NCBI RefSeq assembly: GCF_006345805.1
Contig: NC_043009.1
Location: 67,208,001-67,272,000 of the forward strand
DNA from: Octopus sinensis
Lineage: Eukaryota
Length of the DNA: 64,000 bases
Direction: 5' to 3'
Shown here: piece by piece, positions 11,935 to 25,207 of the stretch
How positions within the stretch are numbered: the first letter of the stretch is position 1
Layout of the letters: each line of letters starts with the position of its first letter
Position numbers and translations under genes: made by a program
The notes under the pieces: model-generated
Database searches by the model: none
What the model saw: the letters and a program-made list of their open reading frames with translations, nothing else
What the model was told of the DNA's origin: nothing

Positions 11935-13974
11935 ATTATTATTATTATTATGTAGAAGTTTTGGTAGAGCAATTTACTTTATCATTATTATTATCATGTC
12001 AGAGCACTTTTGGTTCAGCATTGTACTTAATACCTTACAATCTTCAGAATCATGGTTGACTAACGTTTCCTCTTGTGTCTTTGCAAGAAATTAATATTAT
12101 TATTATTGTTACAATTATAATGTTATTATTATTATTATTACTGTGTCTTTGTAAGAAATTATTAGGATGTTGAGCAAAATACTCTGTATTCCTTCTCTTT
12201 GTGTTCTGAGATCAAATCAAGGCTTTTGGTGCTGGTGGAATTGTAACGGCATTGGTTAAAAGGCAACATTCCCAGTTCAAATTCCACTGTGGACAATTTT
12301 GCCATTCCTCCCTTTCAGGGAGTCGATAGCACCTGTTGAGCACTGGGGCCGATACAATCAACCCCTTACCTCTCCAAATTTCAGGCCTTGGGCTTGGGTT
12401 GGAAGGATTATTTTTGATTTTTTGGCTACTACTACTAAACTGTCTTACATTATGCAATGCATGTACCAGACATACACTGGGGGTTAATTTTTACCCTTCC
12501 TTGACAGAATGTTGTTTTGTGTCTGCTGTTATTCTTGTGCTAAGGATGCTTAGTTTTGACCAACAACATCAGGAGTTCAAATCCTAGCAGAGTTGACAGT
12601 TGATGATAATTGACATTATTTCTTAATTGAGTAGGATTGATAACACGAAGACCTGCAAAATAATGTTGTGTAAAAGATTGGGACGGACGGATGGATGGAT
12701 GGGTGGGTGGGGCGAGTGGGTGATTCACTTCATTTAGCTGTATTTTCCTCTTCTATTTACAACAAAAACTAGCCTTATGACTAGTCAGATGAAGTCATCA
12801 TCATCATCAGCAGCAGCAGCCACAGCAGCAGCATTTTTGTCTCCAGCATCAGTGTCAGCTTCACCTTTTGTCATTGTCATCATCAATATTTATCATCACT
12901 ATCAACAATCACCATCCTCCACCTCACCACCCTCGTTGTCATCATCAACACCACAGCTAATACTTTTAGTGTTTACTATATTGCTTTCATCATCATCATC
13001 ATCGTCATCATCATTGTCGTCATCATCAGTTTTCAATTACTCTTGTCATTGACAATCTCCATCATCATAATGTCATCACCGTTGTCGTCAACATTTTTGT
13101 CAGCTTCATCACTATCATCACCATTGTTGTCGTTATCATCATCATCATCATCATTACCACCACCACCACCAATTGTCATCATTTTCATCATCTTTCCTAG
13201 AAGAATAAGTAAACATTTTCTTTTTTTTTGTGTATTGTTTTTTTTTTTATTATTTTGTGAAAAAAAAACCCCGCGATCGACCGCGGAAGGCAGGTGTGAC
13301 GAGGTCGTCTTGGCTGCGCAAACAAAAGTGTACAGGTGCACGGCAGTGACGACGGCGTTTAGGCGCAGGCAAGGAAGAAACCGGACGTTCGATGGCGAGA
13401 GGAGGAACGAATGGGACAGCAGCGACATGTTAGCGCACCGGGTGAAATGCGTAGCCATATTTCGTCTGTCGTTATGTTCTGAGTTCAAATTCCGCCGAGG
13501 TCGACTTTGCCTTTCATCCTTTCGGGGTCGATAAATAAAGTACCAGTTTCGCACTGGGGTCGATATAATCGACTTAATCCCTTTGTCTGTCCTTGTTTGT
13601 CCTCTCTGTGTTTAGCCCCTTGTGGGCAATAAAGAAATATATTTAATATTCTTTCTTCATGCTTGTCCAATATTTAGTTTTGCCTTTTCATAAACAAACA
13701 AAAACAAGGAAAAAATAACAAAAACTAACAAAACAAACAAACGGAACTAAAACAATAATTTCACCTTCTGCAATTCCCATTAAACTTTTGCATTCATTCT
13801 CACTTTCCCCTCTTTATTTTGCCTCATCAAGTAAAACCCCGTTTGATGAGTCGCATAATTAAATTATAGTCATTAAGAAATAGATTTTTAAAAAATTGAT
13901 GAAATAAAGTAAGCTCATTAAAGTTAGATTTGGTTGGAGAGAGAAATAAAAAAAAAAAGCCTATAAGCTCTCTT

Positions 13975-14380
13975 TCAATCTGTCTGTCTGTCTGTCTTGT
14001 CTATCAATCTATTTGTCTAAGTATCTATCTGCCTGCCTGTCTTTCTGTCTGTTTGTCTTTCAACCTATCTGTCTGTCTGTCTGTCTCTCTCTGTCTGTCT
14101 TTCTATATATCTGTCTATATGTCTGCCTGTCTGTCTGTCTGTCTATATGCCTGCCTGTCTATATGTCTGCCTGCCTGCTTGTCTGTCTGTCTATATGTCT
14201 ACCTATCTGCCTACCTGCATACTTGTCTTTTAGTCTACCTGTCTATTGACCTACCTACCTGTCTGTCTGTCTGTCTGTCTGTCTGCCAGTTTGCCAGTCT
14301 ACCTACCCTATTTACCTATCTACCTACTTCCCCATTTACCTACCTACCCATCTATCCACCTATCATTGTGAGTGTGTGTG
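13975..14380. repeat. degenerate (CTGT/CTAT/CTAC)n tetranucleotide tract
   Basis: Direct inspection. Explains the spurious 166-aa LSVC-rich ORF. Confidence 0.85.
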
Positions 14381-14530
14381 TGTGTGTGTCTCTTTCCATA
14401 TCTGATCTTAATTCTTCTACAATCAAGTGATTGTTGTAATCAACTTTTAAAGAACTCAGTGTTAAAAGCCCGTTAGACTGAAACCGCCACAAGATTTAAA
14501 TTACTTTCATTTTAGCTAAAAGAAAGGCTT

Positions 14531-14880
14531 CACTCAGTCCTAGTATAACGTTACCTCAGTCCTGGCTTAAATAACTATCTCAATCCCAGCATGCACTTAC
14601 CACAATCCCAGCTAAAACAATTACCTCAGTCCTAGTACATCTGTGCTACACTCTATCAGACATTTACCTCGATCCCAGCTAAAAAAACAAAAAAACTAAC
14701 TTACTCCCAATACACTTTTCCCACAATCCCAGTTAAAACAGCTACACCAGTCCCACTATATTTTACCACAGTCCTGGCCAAGACAGGCCTCAGTGTATGT
14801 TTACCTGAGTCCCAACTAAAAACAAACTACCTCGTTCCCAATACACCTTTACCTTAGTCCCAGCCAAAACAACTGCCTTG
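14531..14880. repeat. degenerate minisatellite of ~22-25-nt units (tacctcagtcc(c/t)agct..)
   Basis: The tac(c)tcagtcc/acaatcccagc motif recurs more than 10 times. Confidence 0.65.
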
Positions 14881-16798
14881 GTGTCAGTGTTTCTTTATCT
14901 GGCTCTACATTTAAATTTAGATTCTGCTTGGTTTCTCTTCTGGAAATTCTCTCTCTCCAATCGTGTCAGATGTATTTTTGGTTCTCTCTTCTTCTGCTTC
15001 TATTTTCTGATCAACTTCTAGTGGATCCTGGTTAATATCTCAGATAGAAGGGTAGGGGTAGTATTGAGAGAGAGAGAAAGAGAGATACAGATAACAGAAA
15101 TAACTGGAAAAATAAATAAATGAAAAAAAAAAGCCAAACATTTTTTCTAAACCTTTCCAGCAGAAGCATTAGTTCTTGTAGCGGTAGTAGTAACAGAATT
15201 TGTTTTTTTCTCTCTCATTCTTGTAAGTCTTTCACTGACCATATTTCCATGCAACAGTAGACTATACACACACACACACTCAACTATACATACACACATG
15301 CAGAACTATATGTACACACAAACCATACATACACACACAGACACATGTATATATATTGATGATGATATATGTATGTATATATATCTATGTATGTATGCAT
15401 GTGTATGCATATTTATGTGATTGTCGTTTAATGTCTGCTTTCCATGCTGGCATGGGTTGGACAGTTTGACTGTGGACTGGCGAGCCAGGAGGCTGCACCA
15501 GGCTCCAATCTGATTTTGAAAGGTTTCTACAGGTGGATGCCCTTCCTAATGCCAACTACTCCGAGAGTGTAGTGGATGCTTTTTATGTGCCACCAGCATG
15601 GGTCCCAGTCAGGTGGCACTGGCATTAGCCACACTCAAATGGTGCATTTTACATGCCACCGGCATATATGTATGTGTATATATGTATACACACACACACA
15701 AAATCTTGTTTTAGTCATTTGATTGTGGCCATGCTGGGGCACTGCCTTGGAGAGTCTAGTTTTCACCAAACATTAGAAGTAGAATTTGCCAGGGCATACT
15801 CAAGCAAGCTGTTTTGTGTCTTGCTACTCAGGAGTATAACATAACGGCTGGAGTAAGACTTGAATTACTAACTGCGTAGTCATTAGTTAAACACTCGGCT
15901 CCCATGACTCATTACACAGAATAAAAAAAAATATCATTTGATTATCCAAATGTTATCCTTAACCTAAGATTACAAAACAAATTATACAAATTAATAATAA
16001 GATAAAATGAATTAATCATTGTATTTCTTTCCTTGGGTGCTTGGTCGTACCAGTCCCTGTCATTTCTATTATCGTACGTTGACCTTGTCCAATGGTCACA
16101 TGTTTCCTTTATCTGAGTTGCTTGAAATGGTTGACACTTCTTTGCCCTTCGCCTTCTTTGTGTTTTCTGAAAAAAAGAGAACACACCCCGTTGTTCCTCT
16201 GTTGTATAAGGCCTAACTAATAGAGACTGGATTGAATGTAATGCAACTGAATCCAAAGATCTAGTTATAAACATATTATTATTATTTTATGTTTGACTTT
16301 TGCTTTGCCTGGTGTGCTAACGATTCTGTTAGCTTGCTACCTTCGTAATAATCATCATCATTATAATAATAATAATAATAATAATAATCATCATCATTAA
16401 TGTCCGCTTTCCATGCTAGCATGGGTTGGACAATTTGACTGAGGTCTGGCAAACCAGACTCCAGTCTGATCTGGCAGAGTTTCTACAGCTGGATGCCCTT
16501 CCTAATGCCAACCACTCCGAGAGTGTAGTGGGTGCTTTTATGTGCCACCGGCACGAGGGCCAGTTTGGTGGTACTGGCAATGGCCACACCCAAATGGTAT
16601 TTTTTACGTGCCACCTGCACAGGAGCCAGTCCAGCGGCACTGGCGACGACCTCGCTCGAATGTTTCACGTGCCACCAGCACAAGTGCTAGTAAGGCGACA
16701 AATAATAATAATGAAATCTGATGGGATGCATATAAGATATTCTTTATCGTATGGCAAGCTAGCCACCCTTATAGCATGCTCTCTGCATCCTGTGATAA

Positions 16799-17193
16799 TC
16801 TTTATATATAAGAGTGAAGTTGTGTGTCTGTCTCCTATGATTTAGATTCCTAACTACTCCCACATTTTGTGGTGCAGTTTAACCAAAAGCGGGTATCTTA
16901 TAGTCGTGATTCATATCGAGCCCTTCTGGGTATTAGCGCACGTCTACGATGAGTCTACGATTTAAAAAAAAGTTTACCATCATTTTTTTCCATTTTAATG
17001 TATTTTTTCGCTATTATATAAGGGAAGTAACTCTAAAAATGTTTACGATGAGTCAAAGATTAAAAAAAAATTTACCATAATTTTTTTTCCATTTTTAATG
17101 CATTTTTTTGCTACTTTTTGGCTATAACTCCTTAAAAGTGCTTATATAGTTATTTCCCTTACAAACCCAAGCAATGCCGGGCGATACTGCTAG
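16799..17193 (+). mobile_element. non-autonomous Helitron
   Basis: A|TC...cccaagcaatgccgggcgatactgCTAG|T. Shares its 3' ~130 bp with 4990-5364. Confidence 0.8.
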
Positions 17194-18398
17194 TTTGTAA
17201 TAAAGTAAATTGATTATAACTCAGTCTTATTAAACACTGAAACTACAGGATATAACGAACCAATGAGGATACTAGTATGCATTCATTTAAGCTGCTAGGA
17301 ATAGCAGCCAACACTCCTTCAATTCACTACCCATTGTCTTAATTAAGGAAATATTCTAATCGGTAAGGAAATATTAGATAGCATTTAGTTACACAGTGTC
17401 TAAAACCATGGGTAGGATAGTCATGGATGAAATGCCCGTGGTCATAAGTTTGCTTGATCAAGGCTGACTCGGGGTTAAATAATTACTATGTTGTTGCTAT
17501 AAATGCTACGGCCGTGTGGGAGATATTATTGGTGTAAAGGGGCCTGGGTGGCCTGGATTAGTATAAGAGGGGTTTTTCTCCTTTGCGGGGACAGTCAGAT
17601 AGTTGAATGTGTGTGTGGGGGTGGGGAGAGAGGTGGAAAAGTGTGCATGTATTTGTATTTCTGTGTAATTGTTGTTATTGTAATTTAATTGAGGTGCATT
17701 AACTGTTGTTGTCATTCCAAACGGGATGTAACCCACTTTCATTATGTTTGTATATGATGATGATGATGGTGATGATGATGATAAACTGAACTGAACCGGA
17801 TGGAACCGACTCCAGCTTCTGTTTGTGTGTGTGAGAGGATTTCTTTTCTTGTTGAGTGAGGAATGGAAATGGATTCGTTAGTATTTGGGATATTTTGGCT
17901 TTTCCTCTTCAGATCTTTTCATCCTGCTGATACTGGACCCACTTGGACTGGTCTGTCGTAATGTTTTGACCAGGAGGAAGTTACACCTCACCAGTTGCTA
18001 AAATTTCATAGATGCATAGGCATGCATGCACGTGTGTGCATGCATGCACACGCACACACACAGAGAAGCACAAGTAAAATATGTTAATGTTTTCTGTCTT
18101 CATAATGTAGCAAAGTGTTCCCTTGAAGAACCTTGTGGATCTGTATCTGAATCTTGTGTGTGTGTGTCTGTCTGTCTCTCATGCACACACACACAAACAG
18201 AGAGTGCATTTATAGTTCTGATTGCACTGAAGCTAAATAACATCCAGCAAGTTCCAAAAAGTGATTTTCTTTCAGCCGTTAGGCTTGAAAGTTCTTTTGT
18301 GGCATAAGCTGGGGCCTCTTAATCCTTAAAGTTGGTTTTAGATTAAAAGGTCTAACTTTTTTTTTTTTTTTGTAGATTAAAATATTCTTACATAAAAT

Positions 18399-18678
18399 TA
18401 TTCTGTTGTGTCTGGGGAGAGTCATTCTCTTTTGGTGCCTTACAATTTAACACACTCACCGATAAAATTTCCACTCATTTACTTATCTATTTTTCTAAAC
18501 TTTTTGTTGCGTCTTATTACCTTTTCAATCATTATTGATTCAAAACTATTGAAAAGGTTGCAAAATGCAATGCAAATTTTAGTGAAATAAAGAAGGAAAT
18601 GAGTGGAAATTTTACCGGTGAGTGTGTTAAATTATAAGGCATCAAAAGAGAATGACTCTCCCCAGACATAACAGAATA
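18399..18678. repeat. foldback inverted repeat, arms ~130 bp
   Basis: tattctgttgtgtctggggagagtcattctc... is mirrored by ...gagaatgactctccccagacataacagaata. Spacer ~18530-18547. Confidence 0.75.
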
Positions 18679-19947
18679 TGATTCAATACACGAACTCATA
18701 TAAAGAATCTTGCAAACCAAATCCAAAAACGGAATACATAAAATTAGCTTATATTGTACCAAACTTTATATAATTTTTTTAAAATTGAATTTTAGATTTT
18801 TAAATTGAACTAATAAAGAGGTTACAAGCTGAGTTTGTTTAATCTATTGTGACTGTAACCATTTTGGTGCATCATCTTAAAAAGTTCATTGAATTGAAGT
18901 TCAGTTCCATTGCCAATATTTTGAGTAAGGCGGCAAGCTGGCAAAAACGTTAGCACGCCGGACGAAATGCTTAGCGATTATTTCGTCTTTCTTTATGTTC
19001 TGAGTTCAAATACTGCCGAGGTTGATTTTGCCTTTCATCCTTTTGGGGTTGATAAATTTAGTACCAGTTACGCACTGGGGTCGATGTAATCAACTTAATC
19101 CCTTTGTCCTTGTTTGTCCCCTCTATGTTTAGCCCCTTGTGGGCAATAAAGAAATAAGAAACGTTAGCACGCTGGGTGAAATACTTAGTGGCATTTCATC
19201 TGTCTCTACATTCTTAGTTTAAATTCCACTTAGTTGACTTTACCTTTCATCCTTTCAGGGTTAATAAATTAAGTACCAGTTGCATACTGGGGTCGATCTA
19301 ATCGACTGGTCCCCCACCTCCAAAATTTCAGGCCTTGTGCCTAGAGTTGCAAAGAATATTTTGTATGATTAAGGCAGTGAGCTGGCAGAATTGTTAACAC
19401 ACCAGGCAAAATGCTTGGTGATATTTCGTCTGTCTTTGATTAAAGTCCAAATTCTACCTCCTCACCTGTGTCTGTCTGTCTGTCTGTGTGAAAGTATGTC
19501 TCATTGCTTTTCCCCCTCTTCTTTCTTCCTCCTTACTCTCTCTATTATTATTCTTCACCTCTACCTCTTCCTCCTATTTTCTCTTCCTCTTCCTCTCACC
19601 CATTCATTCTCTTCCTTCTTACCATCTTTCTCTCTTCCTTTGCTAACTTTTCAGTCATTTCTTATTCTCTTATTCTCTTCTCCCATTTCTATCCTTTATC
19701 CTCCTCCTCCTCCTCTTGCCATCTCTTCCTATTTTTCTCCTCTCTCTCTCTCTCTCATTCACTCCACACCTCTCCAAGACTTCAAAACTTCCTGTCTTGC
19801 CCTAATGACTTCCAGATTCAAAAGCTTCAATTCTTCTCCTTTTATCAACTTCAAAACCTTATGATCCTCCTTATTCATTCATTGCTGCCTTTCGGTATCT
19901 TCTTCTTTCAAGTTGGAACATCCACTAATTATTACAATTAGTGGAGG

Positions 19948-19978
<31 letters not shown>

Positions 19979-20425
19979 AATAGTTTCAGATTTTGGCACA
20001 AGGCCAGCAATTTTTGGGGGTGAGTAAGTTGATTAGATCAACCCCAGTGCTCAACTGGTACTTATTTTATTGACCCCAAAAAGATGAAAGGCTAGGTAGA
20101 CTTTGGTGGAATTTGAACTCAGAATGTAAAGGCAGACAAAATGTTGCTAAGTGTTTTGCCTGGTGTGCTAACGATTCTGCCAACGAGCTGCCTTGATGAT
20201 GATAATAATTATAATACGGAACAAATAATTCAAGAGAAAATATTTGCAAGGATATTATTGACTCTATCATTATCTAGTGTAACAATTAGTATGTTCTTTG
20301 ATTAATTTTGATAATAATTCTAATAATAATGGGTCTTCTTAAGCACAACATAATTCCAAAAGTCTCGGTCATTGCCTCTGTGAGGCCCAACACTTGAAAG
20401 GAAGTCACCCACTTTGCTAATAATA

Positions 20426-20793
20426 TCTCTATATATATAAATGGCAAAATGTCTCTGTGTGTGTGTGTCCTTTATACAAATCCACAATTTTTCAGTTAGA
20501 GGGCTCGCACTTTCTATGGTCATTCAAAACCGTCCAAGGGTGGTCGTGCACATCTTTACATTTCCACAGTCACCCCGCAAAGCCATTAAAAAATCAATAG
20601 AAGTGACTTTTTTGTGAATTTTCTATCCAAAACCCAATCAAAATGCCCGAAACTTGATATGCCAATTGAATGCCATCTAGCTGTATGTGATTGGTCAGAG
20701 ATTTGGACAGTACTTGCGTGTATGTGCACACGCACACAGCTGTATATGCATGCACTAGCACCATGACCCGGCATTGCTGGGTCATAGTGCTAG
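20426..20793 (+). mobile_element. non-autonomous Helitron
   Basis: A|TC start, hairpin ATGACCCGGCA-T-TGCTGGGTCAT (20763-20785) and CTAG|T end. Confidence 0.8.
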
Positions 20794-21534
20794 TTTAATT
20801 ATAAAAATATAATTTGGTTCTTTTAAACATCAAATGGCTGTGAGTAAAATAGGAATAAAAAGGATTCCTTAGGTGGGAAATGGTTCAGAAACATTGATCT
20901 GGTTGCCCGAATCAAGGTACTTGAGTGATACTGGGCTTCTGTTTGGTTCAAGGTGTATCCAAGTGTTGCTCTGTGAATTGAGCACTACTTCATCTTTCTC
21001 TCATGGGTAATTATTAAAGTACCTTCCCTCCTCCCCTAAAAAGAACAAAACTAACGAGTCAACGAGGAAGTCTGCTATGTGGTCAGTTGATTTGCTAGAA
21101 ATGGCAACCAAATCTCCTTCAAATGATACCTGGCCATTGTAACAAACAAACAAAAAAAAAGGAAATGAAATGGAACCTAGATTAATATAATTCCTGATAT
21201 GCAAACAAATGAGATGGTCATGGTTGAAAAGTCTTTGATAATGGACTTGCATGATCATTGTTGACTTGAAACTTAAACAACAACAACAATGAACAAAGAC
21301 TGTTGCACTTTACCTGCAATTTAAGAGGCGGGGAATCACCTGTCTCCTGGTTTGTTACACATTATGCATACAGACAGATGCACTTACTCAGACACAGAAG
21401 CAGGGCAATCGTACACACACACACACACACACGCATGCGCACACATGCCCACACACGTACTTCGTACTCATTGAAGTTATTACACCCTCCACTTCTCCTA
21501 ACCTTCATAGCAGGAACCACGACTACGACTGTGG

Positions 21535-22330
21535 CTGTTGTCATCATCATCATCATCACCATCACTACCATCACCATCATCATTATCATCACCATCATCA
21601 CCATCATCACCATCATCACCATCTCCTCTCATCACCACCACCACCACCACCACCACCTCTGTTGTTGCTAGTACTATAAACCATCAAGGAGGCTGCTGCC
21701 ACCACAACCATCAACACCACCATTACTACTACTGCTACTGCTGCTGCTGCTGCAACATCAGAGATACCTACCATTTGGTTGTCAGTCACTGATTGCAGTA
21801 ACAAAGCCCTATTGTGTTACGGGTTTTATTCTTAAGCTGTCTGTAATGAAAATAGAAAATTGGCTGACTGGGTGGTGATGGTCATGGTGGGGGTGGTGCT
21901 AGTGATGGTGGTAGTAATACTGGTAGTATAGTGGTCTTTGTAAGGGTAGTGATGGTGTGGTGGGTTTGATGGTGTCGATCTTGGTGGTGTTGGCGATGGT
22001 GGTAGTAAGAGTGGTAGTAAGAGTGGTAGTTTTAGTGGTTGTGGTGGTAGTAAAAGTAGTGGTTGTGTTAGTGTAATGTTATGGTTGGTGGTGGTGATCA
22101 GGATGGTATGGGTCAGGATGATGGCATTAGAGTGGTGGTGGTATTGGTGGTGGTAGTATGATGTTGGTGGTGGTGGTGGTTGTGCTGGTTTGGTGGTAGT
22201 AGTGTTGGTTGTGGTCACAGTAGTGGTATTTATGGATTGGTTGTTGTCGGTGGTTAGCATTGGTGATTGTTGTGGTACTGCTGGTGTGGTAGTGGTGAAG
22301 AGTTGGTCATAGTGAGGTGGTAGTTGTAGT
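21535..22330. repeat. degenerate trinucleotide low-complexity block (CAT/CAC then GGT/AGT)
   Basis: Direct inspection. Similar blocks at 12790-13180, 26090-26600, 30670-30970 and 45270-46110. Confidence 0.85.
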
Positions 22331-23884
22331 GACATGGCAAGTGGGTTTCTCTCTGTAAATAAGGTGTATGTATGTAGATATGTGTGTGCGTGTGTGTGTG
22401 TATGCATATGCACACACATACATAAAAATTTACCCTAGCTCACAGTTATATATATACACACACACACACACAGAAATGTGTGTGTATGTATATATGTGTG
22501 TGTATATATATATGTGTGTGTGTATATATATATGTGAATAAATATACACACACATGCACAGAAATGTATGTGTATATATATGTACACACACACACATGCA
22601 TAGAAATGTGTGTGTATATATATGTATTAGATATATGCATATACACACATACAAATATGTGTATGGATGTGTGTGTGTGTGAATGAAAGCCCTTGTTCTT
22701 GGATTAAAGAGAATGCTTTTTTTTTCACAATAGTTCAGATATTTTGTTACTTGTATGAAAGACTTAATGTTGCACAGATGTTGTTGAAAACCTTATTTAA
22801 GCTTTTCCTTCACACTTTCTTCTACGTCTCACCCCGTCCACCCCACCCCCACCCGTGCCAGTGTTCAACCATTATGTAACTTAAGTTCATTTAAAAGCTC
22901 TAAAAATAAAATTCCTGTTATTGTTTTAATTCTTCTCTTTTTTTCTTTTTTACTCGTTTCAGTCGTTGGACTGTGGCCATGCTGGGTTATTATTGCCTTG
23001 AGGGTTTTTTTTAGTCAATTAAATTGTTCCCAGTATTTGTTTATTAAAGACCTCGTTCTTATTCTGTTGGTGTCTCACCAGTTGATGACCACTGGGGTGG
23101 TGGGTAGGTGAGATAAACATAGACATAGTGCATACGCACACACACACACACACACGTTTGTACTTGATGTTAGGTGCATATTTTTTTTGTCTATACATCA
23201 TCTTTTAGCATCCATGTTCCATGCTGGTATGGGCTGGATGTGACACATATGTTGTATATATACACTATATATATGTACATATTTCCTTTATATAGTTAAA
23301 TAAGATTTTTTGGGGAAAAAAAACTTGTAGAATGCTATGCAAAGCTCATCCACATGTATTGGCTACCTCATGTCATTATACAGTGGACATACTCCTGTTT
23401 ATCCCTCAGGAATTCCTTACTATCCGTAGAGTTTATAGAAATAGATAAATAGCAGAGAATGGAATGAATAATATTTCTGTATTTCTTTCTGGTGATATTT
23501 CCATGTCTTTTACAAGGCATTTCTTCTCCATGATAACAATGTCTGAATACTTTTCTGCTATTCCCCAGCCTAAATGAATAGGCATACTCCTCAATGGTGT
23601 GGGAGTGTTCTTGTTTTCTGTGTTGGTTTCCAATTGATGTTCATGTCATTTCTCTGTAGTCTTGGTGTTATATTCTTTGCAGTCCTTCTGCCTTGTTCTA
23701 ATGTTGGATGCTCTCTGTCTTGGCTGGTTCTAAGTTGCCAGAGACACGGAGACAAACTGGTCAGTGGTTTCTTTAGACTTGCTACATATTCTGCCCTGGG
23801 TTTTGGTGCCATTTTTTCATTCTTTGTTGATAGGACTTTGCTGGAAGGCTCTGGCCATGTGCAGCAATGATTATTATTGTTATT

Positions 23885-24520
23885 GTTGTTAATTCCACCG
23901 AGGTTGACTTTGCCTTTCATCCTTTCGGGGTCGATAAATTAACTACCAGTTGCATACTGGGATCGATCTAATCGACTGGCCTCTCCCCCAAAATTTCAGG
24001 CCTTGTGCCTAGAATAGAAAGGATTATTATTATTGTTATTGTTGTTAATTCCACCGAGGCCGACTTTGTTTCATCCTTTTGGGATCGATAAAGTAAGTAC
24101 CAGTCAAATACTGGGGTCAATGTAATTGACTTATCTCCTTCCTCTAGGTTGCTGGCCTTGTGCCAAAATTTGAAATCGTTGTTGCTGTTATTATTGTTCA
24201 GTTAAAGGCAGCAAGCTGGCAGAATTGTTGACACACTGGGCAAAATGCTTAGAAGCCTGTCTTTATGTTCTGAGTTCAAATTCTGCCAAGGTCAACTTTG
24301 CCATTCATCCTCTCAAGGTCAATAAAGTACCAGTAAAACAATGGGGTCAATGTAATCGACTAGCCCCTTCCCCCAAATTTCAATTCTTGTGCCCTTAGTA
24401 GAAGGGATTATTATTGTTCAGTTGAGTTCAAATTCTGCTTTGGTTGATTTTGCCTTTCATCCTTTTGGAGTCAATAAAATGACCCCCAAAATTTCAGTCC
24501 TTATGCCTGCAATAGAAAAG
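23885..24520 (+). repeat. chain of four SINE-A bodies in the same orientation
   Basis: The gactttgcctttcatcc...aagtaccag...ggggtc module recurs four times, separated by (TTA/TTG)n tails. Confidence 0.75.
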
Positions 24521-24802
24521 ATTATCATTCAGTTGTGTTATTTTGATTCCTGCTTTCACAGCACGAGGGAGCAGAGTTCTGTACACCTTAAATACACAAC
24601 ATAATTATGACTTCTTTTTTTTTTTTTTACATATTATTTTCATATTTTTCTAGTTTATTAACCCCCCCCCCCCAGTTAGTACTGTTTTCTGTTTGTGATT
24701 TACCTGTATATGTCCAGCAAATTTTTTTCTTTTTGCTAAAGTGGATTATTTAAACAGCTGAGAAGCACAACTGGTAAATTACTGAAATTAAATGCTTTAC
24801 AT

Positions 24803-25207
24803 CAAAGGTTCTCAGCCTATTTTGGGCAAAGGGCCACTTTTGACCCTTGGAGTCACAAATGCCCCTCCCCCTCCCTCGAAGATGATTTTAGTTTTCAATA
24901 TACTACTTATTTTGATATCAGCAGATAATGATTAAAAAATAAAGGACGTCGTTTTACAAATGTGTTTGTATGCTGTCGGGGGTACAGATGCACAAATTGA
25001 AATGCAGAAAAAAAACTTAAATAATAAATTGAAAGTTTGGTAATTGCATTTATTTCCACCACGTGGCACTTATGAGATCAACATGTTGTCTATTGAAAGA
25101 GTGCTCTTTGGTACAAGAGAGCCCCTTTGCTCCAAAACGCACCCCTTCGAGCTCCAAATGGCCCCACCCCAGGGGTGGGGGCATATGGTCCCCATTGGGA
25201 ACCTTTG
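24803..25207. mobile_element. possible hAT-like MITE
   Basis: 12-bp TIR CAAAGGTTCTCA / TGGGAACCTTTG (11/12 match). The 8-bp TSD is not preserved. Confidence 0.35.

Noticed and set aside
12035-12075. Minus-strand GAAAC-GTT-AGTC..GATT-CTGAAGA (type II hammerhead order)
   Set aside because: Helix II cannot close in register, so it is likely a chance match.
23430-23870. Unique stretch with overlapping ORFs on both strands and a possible plus exon (gcag|TCC...CTG|GTCAGT)
   Set aside because: No recognisable motif, and the reading requires frameshifts or arbitrary choices.
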